From a virus, in IMG/VR virus record IMGVR_UViG_2706795428_000001, positions 46,838 through 110,837 of that record: 64,000 nucleotides of DNA, one strand, 5' to 3'. The notes beneath the pieces are model-generated. The model was not told where the DNA came from. It ran no database searches and worked only from the letters and a program-made list of their open reading frames with translations. Made by a program: the position numbers and the translations under genes. Shown here in pieces: positions 37,427-47,882 of the stretch (positions within the stretch are counted from its first letter, which is position 1; each line of letters starts with the position of its first letter).

Positions 37427-39106
37427 TTGTCGAGTAAACTGCAGAAACCTTCACAAGACCAATTGTGTCACAGCAATTGGTGGAGTTCGACGTTCTTCAA
37501 AGAGAATGGTGAAGTAAATGCTCGAATGTTCCAGAATAGAACTCTGGAACATTTGGGCGTTTTGTCGTTTCTGAGTTCTTTTGAATCAGATATCAATGAT
37601 AATCGCGGGAAAATTTTTGTTCTTGCTGGTAAAGCGTCTGTGTCAGTTTGCAAACATCCTGATTGCTCGAATCGTTTCATCGGCGACGCTCAATTTTGTA
37701 GTATTTCGTGTCGAAACAAAGATCCAGAAATTAGAAAGACAATTACAATTGCTGCTGAAAATCGTTCTGAAGAACGTAAAACGGAGATTGATCTAAAGAG
37801 AAAAGAGTCATACAAGAAAAATTATGGCGTAGAGCATCCTCATCGTAGACCAGGCAGAGCAAAAGAAGCTCGCGTAAAAGCCGAAATCACTATGGTTGAA
37901 CGGTATGGCGAAAACCATTATAAGGATCGATTTGAAACATTAAAAGATGCTAATGGTGGCAATCATCCTATGAATACTGGTCGTCGTAGATCAGAAGCTG
38001 AAAACGAAATTGCCGAATTCTTAATTGCGAATGGTATCAAAGAATCAGATACTTTGGCAGATTGGGTATCGATTGAACCAATGTCGATTGATATAATGGT
38101 TCAATCGAAGAAAATTGGTATTGAACATAATGGTTCTTATTGGCATGCATCAAATGTGGGCAATAAACTGTTTCCAAGTTATCATAGATACAAATATGAA
38201 AGAGCAAAGGGAGTAGGAATTCGCCTAATTCAATTTTGGTGTTTCGAATGGATCAACCGCCGAGAACAATGCCAGAATTTTCTTTTATCTGCTCTCGGTC
38301 TTAATAAGACTGTCGTTTTTGCCAGAAAAACAGAAGTTCGAGAAGTTTCAAAAGATGATGCAGTTGAATTTGTAAACAAATATCATATTCAGGAAATCCA
38401 TAAAAATCGAATCAATTATGCAGTTGGTTTGTATTATGATAATGAATTGATTTCGATTATGACATTCGGCTCACATCAAAGAAAGCAGACAAAATCAATT
38501 CCTGTTCTTAATCGTTATTGCACGAAAGCTGGTATTAATGTTACAGGTGGTGCAAGTAAACTTCTAACATTTGCTGTAAAAGAAAAGAATTATCAAAATC
38601 TTGTGACATGGTCTGATAATAGATTTTCAGATGGAGGTCTTTATGAGAAACTCGGTTTCGTGAAAGATGCAGATATCAAACAAGATCGTTTCTATGTTTC
38701 AAGTAAAACCGGAGAAGTTAGATCAAAACAAAGTGCAACCAAAAAGAAACTTGGAATTGAAAATCTAGAAATTACTGAAACGGAATACATGCATCAACAA
38801 GGATATTGGATTCTTTATGATGCCGGTAAAGTTCGATGGATTTTCAATAAGACGGAAGAAATTTCAGTCGATCCAGAGTATATGGACATTCAACCAAAGA
38901 AATCCATGAAAGATCATTGGACTGAAGGGAAATATGAAACTCGTCGAGAAAATCAAAAGAAAACATATAAAGTCACAAGCCCTGAAGGTGATGTATACAT
39001 CATAAAAGGTCTTAGAGAATTCTGTAGGACACATAATCTTACAGAACAATGTATGTCTCAAAAAGGTAAAAATAAAGGATGGCTTTGTGAGAAAATTTGT
39101 GAATAA
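37427..39106 (+). CDS. Hef-like free-standing homing endonuclease (Vsr/DUF559-like nuclease, GNAT-like region, NUMOD-like tail)
   Basis: CKHPDC/FCSISC zinc motif; SEAENEI...IDI...IGIEHNGSYWH; FARKTEVREV, GGASKLL, SDNRFSDG.LYEKLGF. Confidence 0.75.
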   Translation: MSSKLQKPSQDQLCHSNWWSSTFFKENGEVNARMFQNRTLEHLGVLSFLSSFESDINDNRGKIFVLAGKASVSVCKHPDCSNRFIGDAQFCSISCRNKDPEIRKTITIAAENRSEERKTEIDLKRKESYKKNYGVEHPHRRPGRAKEARVKAEITMVERYGENHYKDRFETLKDANGGNHPMNTGRRRSEAENEIAEFLIANGIKESDTLADWVSIEPMSIDIMVQSKKIGIEHNGSYWHASNVGNKLFPSYHRYKYERAKGVGIRLIQFWCFEWINRREQCQNFLLSALGLNKTVVFARKTEVREVSKDDAVEFVNKYHIQEIHKNRINYAVGLYYDNELISIMTFGSHQRKQTKSIPVLNRYCTKAGINVTGGASKLLTFAVKEKNYQNLVTWSDNRFSDGGLYEKLGFVKDADIKQDRFYVSSKTGEVRSKQSATKKKLGIENLEITETEYMHQQGYWILYDAGKVRWIFNKTEEISVDPEYMDIQPKKSMKDHWTEGKYETRRENQKKTYKVTSPEGDVYIIKGLREFCRTHNLTEQCMSQKGKNKGWLCEKICE

Positions 39107-39110
39107 TTCC

Positions 39111-39136
39111 AAAAGAAAAGGGACCCGAAGGTCCCT
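39111..39136 (-). terminator. intrinsic terminator after the major capsid gene
   Basis: AGGGACC-TTCG-GGTCCCT on the minus strand (UUCG loop) followed by a U-tract. Confidence 0.85.
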
Positions 39137-39161
39137 GATCTAGTTGATAGTCAATTTTATT

Positions 39162-40508
39162 TTAGAAGATGTTAGAGACGGCGATTCTACGATAGAACAC
39201 GTTAGTATTCTGAACGAGCGTGCCATCAGAGTTAGTAGCACCATTTGATAGCGGGTTGGCAACAATTCCGTAGCGCGTTTTGAAACCGATTGCTGGTTGG
39301 AAGCTATCTGGATTGACAGCACGAACCATCTGTAGAGGAATATAAGGAGTCCAGAAAATACCCGAATCGTAGTTATTTGGGCCTTTGTAACCAACGACGA
39401 AATATTCGCTCGAAGCATAAGGATCGATAAAGACCTTAATGCGACCATTTAGAACGCCGACGAAAGTATTACCAGTATCGTCAACATTCAGGCCATTGTT
39501 AGCATTCAGAGCAGGAGCATAATCCAGAACGCCTGCCATCATCAGAGCCGAAGCAACGTTCGATGAACAGATTAGGATGTTACCCTTACCACGACGAGTA
39601 GCTTTGGCGACGGCGTTACATTCCATTTCGATTTGGAACAGAAGACCTTTGAACTTTTCAACTGACCAACGACCGTTGGCGTCGACGTCAAGGTCAAAAG
39701 TGCCGGCAGTAGTAGTATTTGCAGCACCAGTTGTAGCAGTGACGTAAATAGTACGAACCATTTCACGGTTCATTTCAGCAAGAATTTCAGTAGTCAGAAT
39801 GCTTGAAAGTTCAGTTTCAGCATCCAGGCCATGAACAGCTTTTAGATCCTGAGCAAGCTCTTGAGAATACAGAGCCTTCAGAGCACGGCTTTTAGCGGTG
39901 ACTGAGACTTTCTCGATGCTGAATGACATTTCACGGAAATCAGCGTTACCACTTGAACCGAGAGCTTCAGCCTGAGCAGTTGACATACCACCAGCAAAGT
40001 TATAGTTCGAGCTGTTACCTGAAGGGGTGGTACCGACGTTGTTGGCAGCTTGACCGATTGTGGTGTTACCGGCAGTAATGGTAGAATGACCGGTATTAGG
40101 TTCATTGAACCAAGCGATAGAACCAGTTTGGTTGGTATAACGAGGAGTAATCGCGAAGATTAGACCAGTTGGGCCATTCATTGGCTGGACGCCAGCAATG
40201 TCATAAGCCATCAGGTTCGGAGTCGTGCGGCGGATCAATGAAATTAGAACAGGGTCATAATTCTGAACACCAGCAACGCCAGTTGTTGGAGCAGCACCTG
40301 AAGCTTCGAAAATCTGAGTCATGTTCAGGGCTTCTGGATCACCACCAGTTGAACCAAATTTCTCAGTATTTTCTAGAAGGCGAGCAGTGATATTGGCCTT
40401 GGCGCCAGTTAGCGCAGGACCAAGACCTAGCGAATCACCATCGGCATCGACGCCTTCAAGAATTGGTTTCCACTTGTTGCGGACTTCTTCATTTAGATTG
40501 GTTGACAT
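39162..40508 (-). CDS. 23: major capsid protein (T4 gp23)
   Basis: YDPVLISLIRR..PNL.AYDIAGVQPM.GPTGLIFA; FSIEKVSVTAKSRALKA.YS.ELAQDLKAVHG. Confidence 0.98.
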   Translation of the reverse strand: MSTNLNEEVRNKWKPILEGVDADGDSLGLGPALTGAKANITARLLENTEKFGSTGGDPEALNMTQIFEASGAAPTTGVAGVQNYDPVLISLIRRTTPNLMAYDIAGVQPMNGPTGLIFAITPRYTNQTGSIAWFNEPNTGHSTITAGNTTIGQAANNVGTTPSGNSSNYNFAGGMSTAQAEALGSSGNADFREMSFSIEKVSVTAKSRALKALYSQELAQDLKAVHGLDAETELSSILTTEILAEMNREMVRTIYVTATTGAANTTTAGTFDLDVDANGRWSVEKFKGLLFQIEMECNAVAKATRRGKGNILICSSNVASALMMAGVLDYAPALNANNGLNVDDTGNTFVGVLNGRIKVFIDPYASSEYFVVGYKGPNNYDSGIFWTPYIPLQMVRAVNPDSFQPAIGFKTRYGIVANPLSNGATNSDGTLVQNTNVFYRRIAVSNIF

Positions 40509-40541
40509 TACTGGATTAATCTCCTTGAGAAAACTTGAAAT

Positions 40542-40548
40542 TATTTAG
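40542..40548 (-). promoter_or_regulatory. late promoter box CTAAATA
   Basis: Same [CA]TAA[AG]TA box precedes gp22 (41560-41566), gp67 (43482-43488), gp20 (45170-45176), gp18 (47850-47856), 54413-54419 and gp13 (56861-56867). Confidence 0.7.
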
Positions 40549-40562
40549 GTTGATTCGATTTT

Positions 40563-41531
40563 TCATGAAGATTTTCTTTTCTTCATGTGACCAACATAAG
40601 CATTGACAGACTCATTGATAGCTTCGTTTTCATTGATCTCGACAACTTCTTCAGTAATTACTGGAGGAGTTTTCTTTTTATCGCTGAAAGCTTCAAGAAC
40701 AACTGAGAATTTCTTAGTGAATTCTTCAGGAGTCTTGTACTCGATGCCTTCGGCTAGTTCGCGAAGACGTTCGATTTGAGTCAAAGCAAGACCTTCGGTC
40801 AATTCATTGAAAGTTTCTGAAACAGCGTTTTCAAGAACGCTTTCCGAGAGAGTTGCAATTTGTTCTTGAGCAGCAGCAAGTTGCTCTTGAAGATCGGCAT
40901 TACGGTTAGTAAGATCTTCAACAACTTCTACATTTTCTGGAAGCGTAAATGAATTCTCGATAACAAGATCGCGAACTGAAGTAATCATGTTCTCAGCAAT
41001 CTGAACTTTAAGGGCAGATTCTAGAGGAACTTCATTTTCTTGCAACCAAGTTTCAGCAGCTTCAGTAATGTATTTGTCGACAGCTTCGGTCAATTCTTGA
41101 CGAATTTCAAGAACAGCTTCAGTCAGCTTTGCCTCGAATGATTCTTCCAGAGCAACTTTCTCGACCATCAGACGAGCATTAACAGAAGCTTCGAAAATGG
41201 TTTTCAGAGTTTCTTGAACTTCTTCTGAAAGTTCAGTTCCTGAGAAAAGAGTTTCAAGATCTTCTTTTGCAAGGGTTGCAGCAGATTGACCATTGTCTTG
41301 ATCAAGAGGGCGTTTGTTCTTGGATTTATCAAGACCTTTGGTGAAATCTGAAATCTCAGCAGCAGAATATTGAATCAGTTGAGCAACAGCTGCTTGAATG
41401 GCTTGAGATTTTTGACCATTGTCTTGATCAAGATCACGTTTATCGTGACCATTTTTGTCGATTGGAGTAGGGATGTCAGATTGGCCATCTGATCCGTAAA
41501 CTTCATCGATTTTTTCGGTTTTCTTTACCAT
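40563..41531 (-). CDS. 22: prohead core scaffold protein (T4 gp22)
   Basis: LFSGTELSEE...TIFEASVN; synteny gp21-gp22-gp23. Confidence 0.9.
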   Translation of the reverse strand: MVKKTEKIDEVYGSDGQSDIPTPIDKNGHDKRDLDQDNGQKSQAIQAAVAQLIQYSAAEISDFTKGLDKSKNKRPLDQDNGQSAATLAKEDLETLFSGTELSEEVQETLKTIFEASVNARLMVEKVALEESFEAKLTEAVLEIRQELTEAVDKYITEAAETWLQENEVPLESALKVQIAENMITSVRDLVIENSFTLPENVEVVEDLTNRNADLQEQLAAAQEQIATLSESVLENAVSETFNELTEGLALTQIERLRELAEGIEYKTPEEFTKKFSVVLEAFSDKKKTPPVITEEVVEINENEAINESVNAYVGHMKKRKSS

Positions 41532-41571
41532 TTAAAGCGATTCCTTGAATGAGTTGAAATATTTAGGATGT

Positions 41572-42255
41572 TCAATATTTTGACGAAGTTGTGATGAGTT
41601 TATCACAGTAAGCTTGGAATGCTTGAGTGAATTTTTCAGAAAGTTCAGATTTCGAAGTATTTCGAACATCCTTCTGAATGTTTTCGACAAGTTCTCGCAT
41701 TTCCCAATTGCCTGTGATCGGATCAAGAATCCATTCAGCATTTTCCATCATTGCATTGACAAACGCCCCTGGCCCTGAAGGATCTGAAACAAGATCACCT
41801 GCAACACGAAGATTGAAATCATCTTGAACTTCGTTAATACCTTGACGATTCTTTCGAAGAGTTCCGAGGCCTCTTGAAGAAGTTCCGAGTTTACCACCAC
41901 TTTTGATCAAACCGAGAGCAATTTTACCCATCGCTGTATCTTCTGTGATGATAGATTTACCGATCCAATTGTTACCTTCACGATTCAACGAAAGCGTTCT
42001 ATGTGAAACATTTTTCAGAGAAATTTGAGGCGAAGGCGGATGATCCAATTCTCCCCATGCTCTATTTTCATTGATATGTGAAGTTGTGTATTTCTCGACT
42101 TCACGTTCCATTAGATGTGGGGGATAAATTCTGCCATTTTTGTTTGGAACACCAGCGACAAGATAAATGCCTTCGATGTAATGTTTCTTTTCGTCGCCTG
42201 TACCTTCTGAAAGATATTCTACTGGGCAATCATAGAGTTCTGTAATGAGTTTCAT
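41572..42255 (-). CDS. 21: prohead protease (T4 gp21)
   Basis: YIEGIY...NKNGRIYP, GELDHP, GTSSRGLG, DLVSDPS. Confidence 0.95.
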   Translation of the reverse strand: MKLITELYDCPVEYLSEGTGDEKKHYIEGIYLVAGVPNKNGRIYPPHLMEREVEKYTTSHINENRAWGELDHPPSPQISLKNVSHRTLSLNREGNNWIGKSIITEDTAMGKIALGLIKSGGKLGTSSRGLGTLRKNRQGINEVQDDFNLRVAGDLVSDPSGPGAFVNAMMENAEWILDPITGNWEMRELVENIQKDVRNTSKSELSEKFTQAFQAYCDKLITTSSKY

Positions 42256-43280
42256 TTCTTAAGAACTCCTTTGACAAGATTTGAAATTGCTTCTTGAACG
42301 CCAGTTGGAGGATTTGGTGAATCTTTCGGAAGTTGGCCGGCAGGAGTATCTTGAGAAGAATTTCCTGGAGCATCTTTTTCTTGATCTTCATCATTTTCTT
42401 CTGCTTTTTCAAGAGCGCTCTTAACTTTTCCAAGAGCTTCTAGAGCATTATCAAGTTCAGCTTTCGCTTGATCGCTGAATGATTGTTTGTCATCGACTTC
42501 AGCGTAAAGTTCAGCAGCTTGAAGAGCAAGTTGTTCAAGTGATTGCTTGAGTTCTGAACCATCGACAGAACCTCCAGCAGGATTTACTGGAGCAGGAATT
42601 GAATCCTTTTCTTGATTCTCATTTTCTTCAGAATCATCATCTTTCTCTTGATCTTCTGAATCTTTATCTTTCAATTTCTTTTCGACATTGTCATCGGCAT
42701 CGTCGTAATCGCCGTCTCCATCATCGTCTTGATGTTTATCAGGCTTTCCATCATGATTCTTATCACCATCTTTGTGATCATATTCTTTTTTCTTGTCTGA
42801 TTTCTTTTTCAGCCAAGGAGGAGCAGCTTCGTCTAAAGATTCTTTTAAAGCGTGATCTTTTTCAATGTGGGCTTTAAGATCTTCATAGCTGTTAAAAGTA
42901 TGTTGTTTTCCTTGTTTATCTTGGTAAACAGAATGATGGTGTTGGGTATTTTTAATTTGCGCGAAGGTTCCGTGGGGTCCTTCGAAATGCGTATAATGAT
43001 GAAGGCCCTGGACATGTTTCTTTTTAAACTGCCCGATGACACTTTCAGAAAGTTCAAGAGACTCACGAATTCCTGAAAGAGCTTTCACAACAGCATTCAG
43101 ATATGCTGGAGGCTGAGTTCCTACAAAAGTTGGATTGTCTGCACGTCGAGCAGGAGCTTTGGATGTACCTCCATCAAACTGAACCTCTTTTGTATTTGGG
43201 TCAGTGTATCGCTTGACAACTGAAAGAGCCCAAATTGGTTGATCGGCAGGTGAAATGAAATTCGAACCGTAATCTGCCAT
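42252..43280 (-). CDS. prohead core protein, gp68-position, expanded with His-rich and Asp-rich segments
   Basis: Synteny between gp67-like and gp21; L/I-x-E cleavage-like motifs. Confidence 0.55.
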   Translation of the reverse strand: MADYGSNFISPADQPIWALSVVKRYTDPNTKEVQFDGGTSKAPARRADNPTFVGTQPPAYLNAVVKALSGIRESLELSESVIGQFKKKHVQGLHHYTHFEGPHGTFAQIKNTQHHHSVYQDKQGKQHTFNSYEDLKAHIEKDHALKESLDEAAPPWLKKKSDKKKEYDHKDGDKNHDGKPDKHQDDDGDGDYDDADDNVEKKLKDKDSEDQEKDDDSEENENQEKDSIPAPVNPAGGSVDGSELKQSLEQLALQAAELYAEVDDKQSFSDQAKAELDNALEALGKVKSALEKAEENDEDQEKDAPGNSSQDTPAGQLPKDSPNPPTGVQEAISNLVKGVLKK

Positions 43281-43447
43281 TACTCAGCACCTTTCATGTT
43301 TTTGCCATTGAACGATGCAATAACTTTTTCGCGAGTTGCATCAACCTTTGGTCCGATCTTAAGATCCATAAGAGCATTGAAAGCATTGTCAAGCTTATCA
43401 AACTCTCGTGAAAGGACACCATCGACAATATCGGCAGCTGTTGGCAT
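43280..43447 (-). CDS. small prohead core protein, gp67-position (55 aa)
   Basis: Hand-translated MPTAADIVDGVLSREF...; lies between portal and gp68. Confidence 0.6.
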   Translation of the reverse strand: MPTAADIVDGVLSREFDKLDNAFNALMDLKIGPKVDATREKVIASFNGKNMKGAE

Positions 43448-43484
43448 TTGGTTTATCAATCCTTAGGAGAAACTTTAGAAATAC

Positions 43485-45134
43485 TTATTGTTGAGGAACT
43501 TGAATGACGTTGGCTTGTGGATAAGGATTCGGAGAATCTCCTGAAACATAGTCTTGATATGTTGGAGTATCAAAATCTCCTTGAGAACCATCATCCGACG
43601 GTTGATCTTGTCCAGGATACATAGGAGGTTCAGCCCCATCAGAATCTCGATCATCTTCTTTTTCGGATTCCATTTCAGCTTTCATTTTAGCAATTGCTTG
43701 ATCATCCATTTTCAGAACATTTCTCCAAATCCATTCTTTAGAGAAATACTTTCCTTGAAGATTATCGACTTCTGAAACAAGAGTGAGACGTTCTTGAAGA
43801 ATCTCAGCATCTTTCAATTCAGCATAGTAATTGTCTCTTGCGAAATCATAATCAATCTTATTTTGGAATTCTAGCCAATCTTCGTCTGTGATAATTCCTT
43901 TTAGAATCAATTGTTTTGAAAGGATTTGATCAAAGATTTGAGAGAATCTTGTACGAAGACGATCGATGAATTTCTGGAATTCGAGTTCATCTCGTGAAAT
44001 TTCAGACGAATGGCCGAGATTGAAAGTGTTGCTAGAATCATCAAGGCGGCTTCGAGGAACATTAAGAGAATCATAAAGTTTCTCTTTCATGTAGTTTACG
44101 TCATCGAGAGCAGTTCCTCCTGAAAGCCCTGGAAGAGTATCGATACGTGTCCCACGGTCTCCTCCGCGAGTAGGCATCCAAATATCTTCGTAAAGCGTCT
44201 GATACTTTCTTGCGTCTGAAACTGCACCAGTTCCTGGATCATAGATGACTTTATTTTTATGTTTCACCATCATCTGTTTCAGATACTCTTCCGCCTTTGC
44301 TTTCGGAAGATTGCCGACATCGACATACCAAATTCGACGTTCAGCTGCTCTTGAAACACGATTGATAATCATTGCATCTTCAAGTTGTCGAAGCATATTC
44401 AGAGGGCGAATTGCCTGATGAAGATACCCGAGAACCATGGTATTGTTCTCGTTGACCAGCCCTGAAGTCACTTGAACGATGTTGTCGGCGTCAATTTTGA
44501 TACCTGACATTTGCCCCGGAACACCGGAGCTCGATGAAACTTTCTTTGAATCAAACCCTTTATCATTATAAAGATAAAATTCACGATCGTCAGAAAGAGT
44601 TACAACTCTACCATTCTTTTTGGCTTTGGTTGTTCTTACTTTTCGAAGTTTCCTTGGATCAAGATATCTTGTTTCTTGAATTCCTTCGCGTGGATTATTG
44701 AAATCAATAATAGTTTGATAATTAATTCTTCCGTCAACATACCAACGAAGGAAAATGTTGTAACCTTCGTTATTGATATTCAAAAGTTCGGTAACTTTGA
44801 TAAATTCTTTTCTGATTGCATCTTTGACTTTATCAGAAACTTTTAGGCGATCAAGATTAATTGTGCAGACAGGTTTATCATCTTGTTTAACGATTGCTTC
44901 ATTGATGATTTTATCTACAGCGCGTTTACATTCTGGCTGATTATACATCGTTCGATATTTTGAAATAAGATCTGCATCAGTTTTTGCAGATCCTTCAAGA
45001 TCGAGAAAAACGCCAAAAGAACCGCCTGGTGCCACAACCAGCGCGCCATCATCATGTTCTGGAGGAGCAAGAGCCCTGAGGTCTTTTACTTCCTCAGAGC
45101 CCTTCTTTGAAATAGAGAAACCAAATAGTTCCAT
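43485..45134 (-). CDS. 20: portal protein (T4 gp20)
   Basis: LRWYVDGRI, YLHQAIRPLN.LRQLEDAM.I.R.SRA.ERR.WYVDVGNLP. Confidence 0.97.
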   Translation of the reverse strand: MELFGFSISKKGSEEVKDLRALAPPEHDDGALVVAPGGSFGVFLDLEGSAKTDADLISKYRTMYNQPECKRAVDKIINEAIVKQDDKPVCTINLDRLKVSDKVKDAIRKEFIKVTELLNINNEGYNIFLRWYVDGRINYQTIIDFNNPREGIQETRYLDPRKLRKVRTTKAKKNGRVVTLSDDREFYLYNDKGFDSKKVSSSSGVPGQMSGIKIDADNIVQVTSGLVNENNTMVLGYLHQAIRPLNMLRQLEDAMIINRVSRAAERRIWYVDVGNLPKAKAEEYLKQMMVKHKNKVIYDPGTGAVSDARKYQTLYEDIWMPTRGGDRGTRIDTLPGLSGGTALDDVNYMKEKLYDSLNVPRSRLDDSSNTFNLGHSSEISRDELEFQKFIDRLRTRFSQIFDQILSKQLILKGIITDEDWLEFQNKIDYDFARDNYYAELKDAEILQERLTLVSEVDNLQGKYFSKEWIWRNVLKMDDQAIAKMKAEMESEKEDDRDSDGAEPPMYPGQDQPSDDGSQGDFDTPTYQDYVSGDSPNPYPQANVIQVPQQ

Positions 45135-45190
45135 GAATTACTCGTCAATTCGATCTAAGAAAGGTCTTTTACTTAGACCAAATCTAAGGA

Positions 45191-45721
45191 TTAAATTGGA
45201 CCCCCAACGCCATCTAGAGGAATCCATTCATCTACCGAGAACGTTACTGAGAAACGTTCGATTTGGTTTTGTGCTGACCAAGCCAGCGCGATATCTGAGA
45301 TGTTAACAGGGAAAATGCCTTGGAAACGATAACGGCGAATGATATCACCAGTTTTCGAAAGTTGAGAAACAATCGCAGACGATTTGTAAGTTAGGCCAGG
45401 TTCTCTGCGAATGTTTCCTTCTGGGCTATTGATTGACGATGCCCATTCTTCCATTGCATTTCGAAGAATGAAATCTTCATCGTTGATAATTTGTACACCC
45501 CAATCATCGTATGTTGAATCGCCACCAAACTTAATTTCACGACCAAAGTAAAATGCCGAGGCTCTCCCAAGATTACGTCCTGGAATTGAAGTGGCTTCTA
45601 CAAGAAATGGAGTTTTGAGAGTTGCAGAAGAATTGAATGGGTTTTGAATCTCTACGATGAACTGTGACGGTCTAGCGCCATCGAGAGAAAGATTAGCTCG
45701 TAGCTCGTTAATATTGAACAT
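45191..45721 (-). CDS. 19: tail tube protein (T4 gp19)
   Basis: DGARPSQF, FGREIKFGGD.TYDDW.V.IINDEDF. Confidence 0.95.
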   Translation of the reverse strand: MFNINELRANLSLDGARPSQFIVEIQNPFNSSATLKTPFLVEATSIPGRNLGRASAFYFGREIKFGGDSTYDDWGVQIINDEDFILRNAMEEWASSINSPEGNIRREPGLTYKSSAIVSQLSKTGDIIRRYRFQGIFPVNISDIALAWSAQNQIERFSVTFSVDEWIPLDGVGGPI

Positions 45722-45732
45722 TCTATTTCTCC

Positions 45733-47799
45733 TTAATTCGAGCCGACGACTTCAGAAAACTGAACGCCAGAATTCACAATAGTCATATTGAGTTGGATGT
45801 AATTGATTGATTTACTTGGTTTGAGGAAAATGTCTCCAACGAAACCGTTAGAATCAATTACTTGAGAAGTGTTATTTGTTTCATCGCATACAACTTTGTA
45901 ATCATAAAGCCCGCGACGACCTTTAACATCTCTCAGGAAAGGTTCAACGATATTGATGAAACGATTTCGAGTGAAAGTGTCATTGAATTCGAACAGTAGT
46001 CCTGCTGCAGCAGTCGAGATTGCTTTTTCAAGAACAATCAAGAGGCGACGAACATTGATTCGATCGAATGCTGAAGGCCGGCCAATACCAGTCTTATCAC
46101 CATAAAGAACAGTTCCCTGACCTTTCAGTGTGATAATAGGATTGATATACGCTTTATACAGAATGTCACGTTCTGCTTTGTTTGGATTCCAAGCAAGCTT
46201 GATAACATTCTTGATTTGTCCTCGTTCAACGCCAGCAGGAGAATACCAAGGATCTCTTGTCTGATCAGTTCGAACCATAGTGCCGGCCACGTCGCCATTC
46301 ATCGGAACCCAGCGATAAACATCATTGTATTTGTCTAGAATGTATTTGTAACCAGAATCGCCGACAAAGTAACTCGAACCGATATTCATGTTGGTGAAAT
46401 ATTGAGTGACATTGGTCGCCCGATCACCGACAAGTGAGTCGACTTTCGCAGGAGAAATTGTCGCAATACAATCTTTGCGATATTCACAGATATTTGAAAC
46501 AATGTAGTTTGCAAGAGTCGAGTATGTCACCGAGTTCGAAGAAACTGCTGATTCTGAATCGGGTGAAGATCCACGAGCTTTACCTTGAAGAATAATCGAA
46601 ACATCGACGTCTTCAGCATTCTTGTAAAGATCATAACCTGCCGCAAGTTTACCGAGAGAAATTGTATTTTCAGAGGCGCCATCCGCACCATTGATCAGTG
46701 AAGCAGTATAAGCTACTCCATTGGTTGAATTGGCTAGAGAGCCAGAAACTGCTGAAGTTGCATTCGCTCGATCTTTAGCGATGTAGACATATTCTGAATT
46801 GGTGTTGATAACGTTACGATAATAGTTTGATTGACCATTCTCGGTTGTTGCGTCAGTTGCACGCGACAGGCGTGGCCATGTTTCAAGAACGCTGTTTGGA
46901 ACACCAGTAAACAATCCATCTTCATCGACGATTGCGATATGAACTTCGTCGACTGTCGAAGCATTGGTTGAATTGGCTTGGAAAGCCGAAACGCCAGGAG
47001 CCCTGTCGAATAGTGAAGCAAATTCCCATGAACGATTGAGAGTATTTGAAGTAAATGAAGAAGCGTAAGTAAATGGTGCTGCAAGAGCGATGTTTGCAGT
47101 AGCCGTATTACCCGATGTTACGGGGACCCCAATTGAAGTGACTTTCAGTTGAGTTTTACCGATTGAACTGTTACCAGCTTCGATAAAATCACCAACATTC
47201 AGTTTGCTCAGGAAAGTGTTTGCAGCAGTATTTGCAACAGAAGCAGAGTTCGCGGCAACACTCAGTTGAGCAACATTTGAACCAGGAGTGAACGTAATTG
47301 CAGTTCCCGTCACTCCAGCATCAGTGATTGTCAGAGTTGAACCGAAAGCGTTTGCTGAATCACACTGAGAAACTTTCAGTGAAGAACCCATAGCTCCTGG
47401 ATATTTTGCAACATAGAATAGAGCTGAATCTAGAACGCTTGTTTCGAAATCAGAATAATTCTTTACTGCAGGGGCAACTGTTACGTTGGCAGTATTTGAA
47501 TATGCCGAAACAACATTCAGTGAAGTGTTAGCATTAGTTGTTTCGGCAGTTCGAACAACATGTAGTGCATTTCCATAAGCAAGGAATTGAGCACCAGTGA
47601 AAAATGTTTCTGGATTGAGATTGGTTGGTTTACCGAAAATGCGAACAAGATCTGCTTCCGAAGAAACAAGAGTTCTTTGTTCGATTGGACCCCAACGAAA
47701 AACACCAGCGTAGCCTGCTTCAGTTGTCGAAACTGCGGCAACAACACCTGTTGCATCAATTTCTGAAACTGTGACCGACGGCGAAACGGAAAATGCCAT
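45733..47799 (-). CDS. 18: tail sheath protein (T4 gp18)
   Basis: SPSVTVSEID, FRWGP, PWYSPAG..RG, FDRINVRRL. Confidence 0.97.
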   Translation of the reverse strand: MAFSVSPSVTVSEIDATGVVAAVSTTEAGYAGVFRWGPIEQRTLVSSEADLVRIFGKPTNLNPETFFTGAQFLAYGNALHVVRTAETTNANTSLNVVSAYSNTANVTVAPAVKNYSDFETSVLDSALFYVAKYPGAMGSSLKVSQCDSANAFGSTLTITDAGVTGTAITFTPGSNVAQLSVAANSASVANTAANTFLSKLNVGDFIEAGNSSIGKTQLKVTSIGVPVTSGNTATANIALAAPFTYASSFTSNTLNRSWEFASLFDRAPGVSAFQANSTNASTVDEVHIAIVDEDGLFTGVPNSVLETWPRLSRATDATTENGQSNYYRNVINTNSEYVYIAKDRANATSAVSGSLANSTNGVAYTASLINGADGASENTISLGKLAAGYDLYKNAEDVDVSIILQGKARGSSPDSESAVSSNSVTYSTLANYIVSNICEYRKDCIATISPAKVDSLVGDRATNVTQYFTNMNIGSSYFVGDSGYKYILDKYNDVYRWVPMNGDVAGTMVRTDQTRDPWYSPAGVERGQIKNVIKLAWNPNKAERDILYKAYINPIITLKGQGTVLYGDKTGIGRPSAFDRINVRRLLIVLEKAISTAAAGLLFEFNDTFTRNRFINIVEPFLRDVKGRRGLYDYKVVCDETNNTSQVIDSNGFVGDIFLKPSKSINYIQLNMTIVNSGVQFSEVVGSN

Positions 47800-47882
47800 C
47801 TGTTCCTCTTCCTTTTGTTTGTTTGAAAGTATTCGAAATGTTCAGAGAATATTTAGGAAGGAGAGGAATTTATCTCTCAGTC

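Noticed and set aside
40563-41531. Duplicated DK..KR.LDQDNGQ segment in the gp22 N-terminus
   Set aside because: Short internal duplication in a propeptide-like, low-constraint region; no evidence of a separate function
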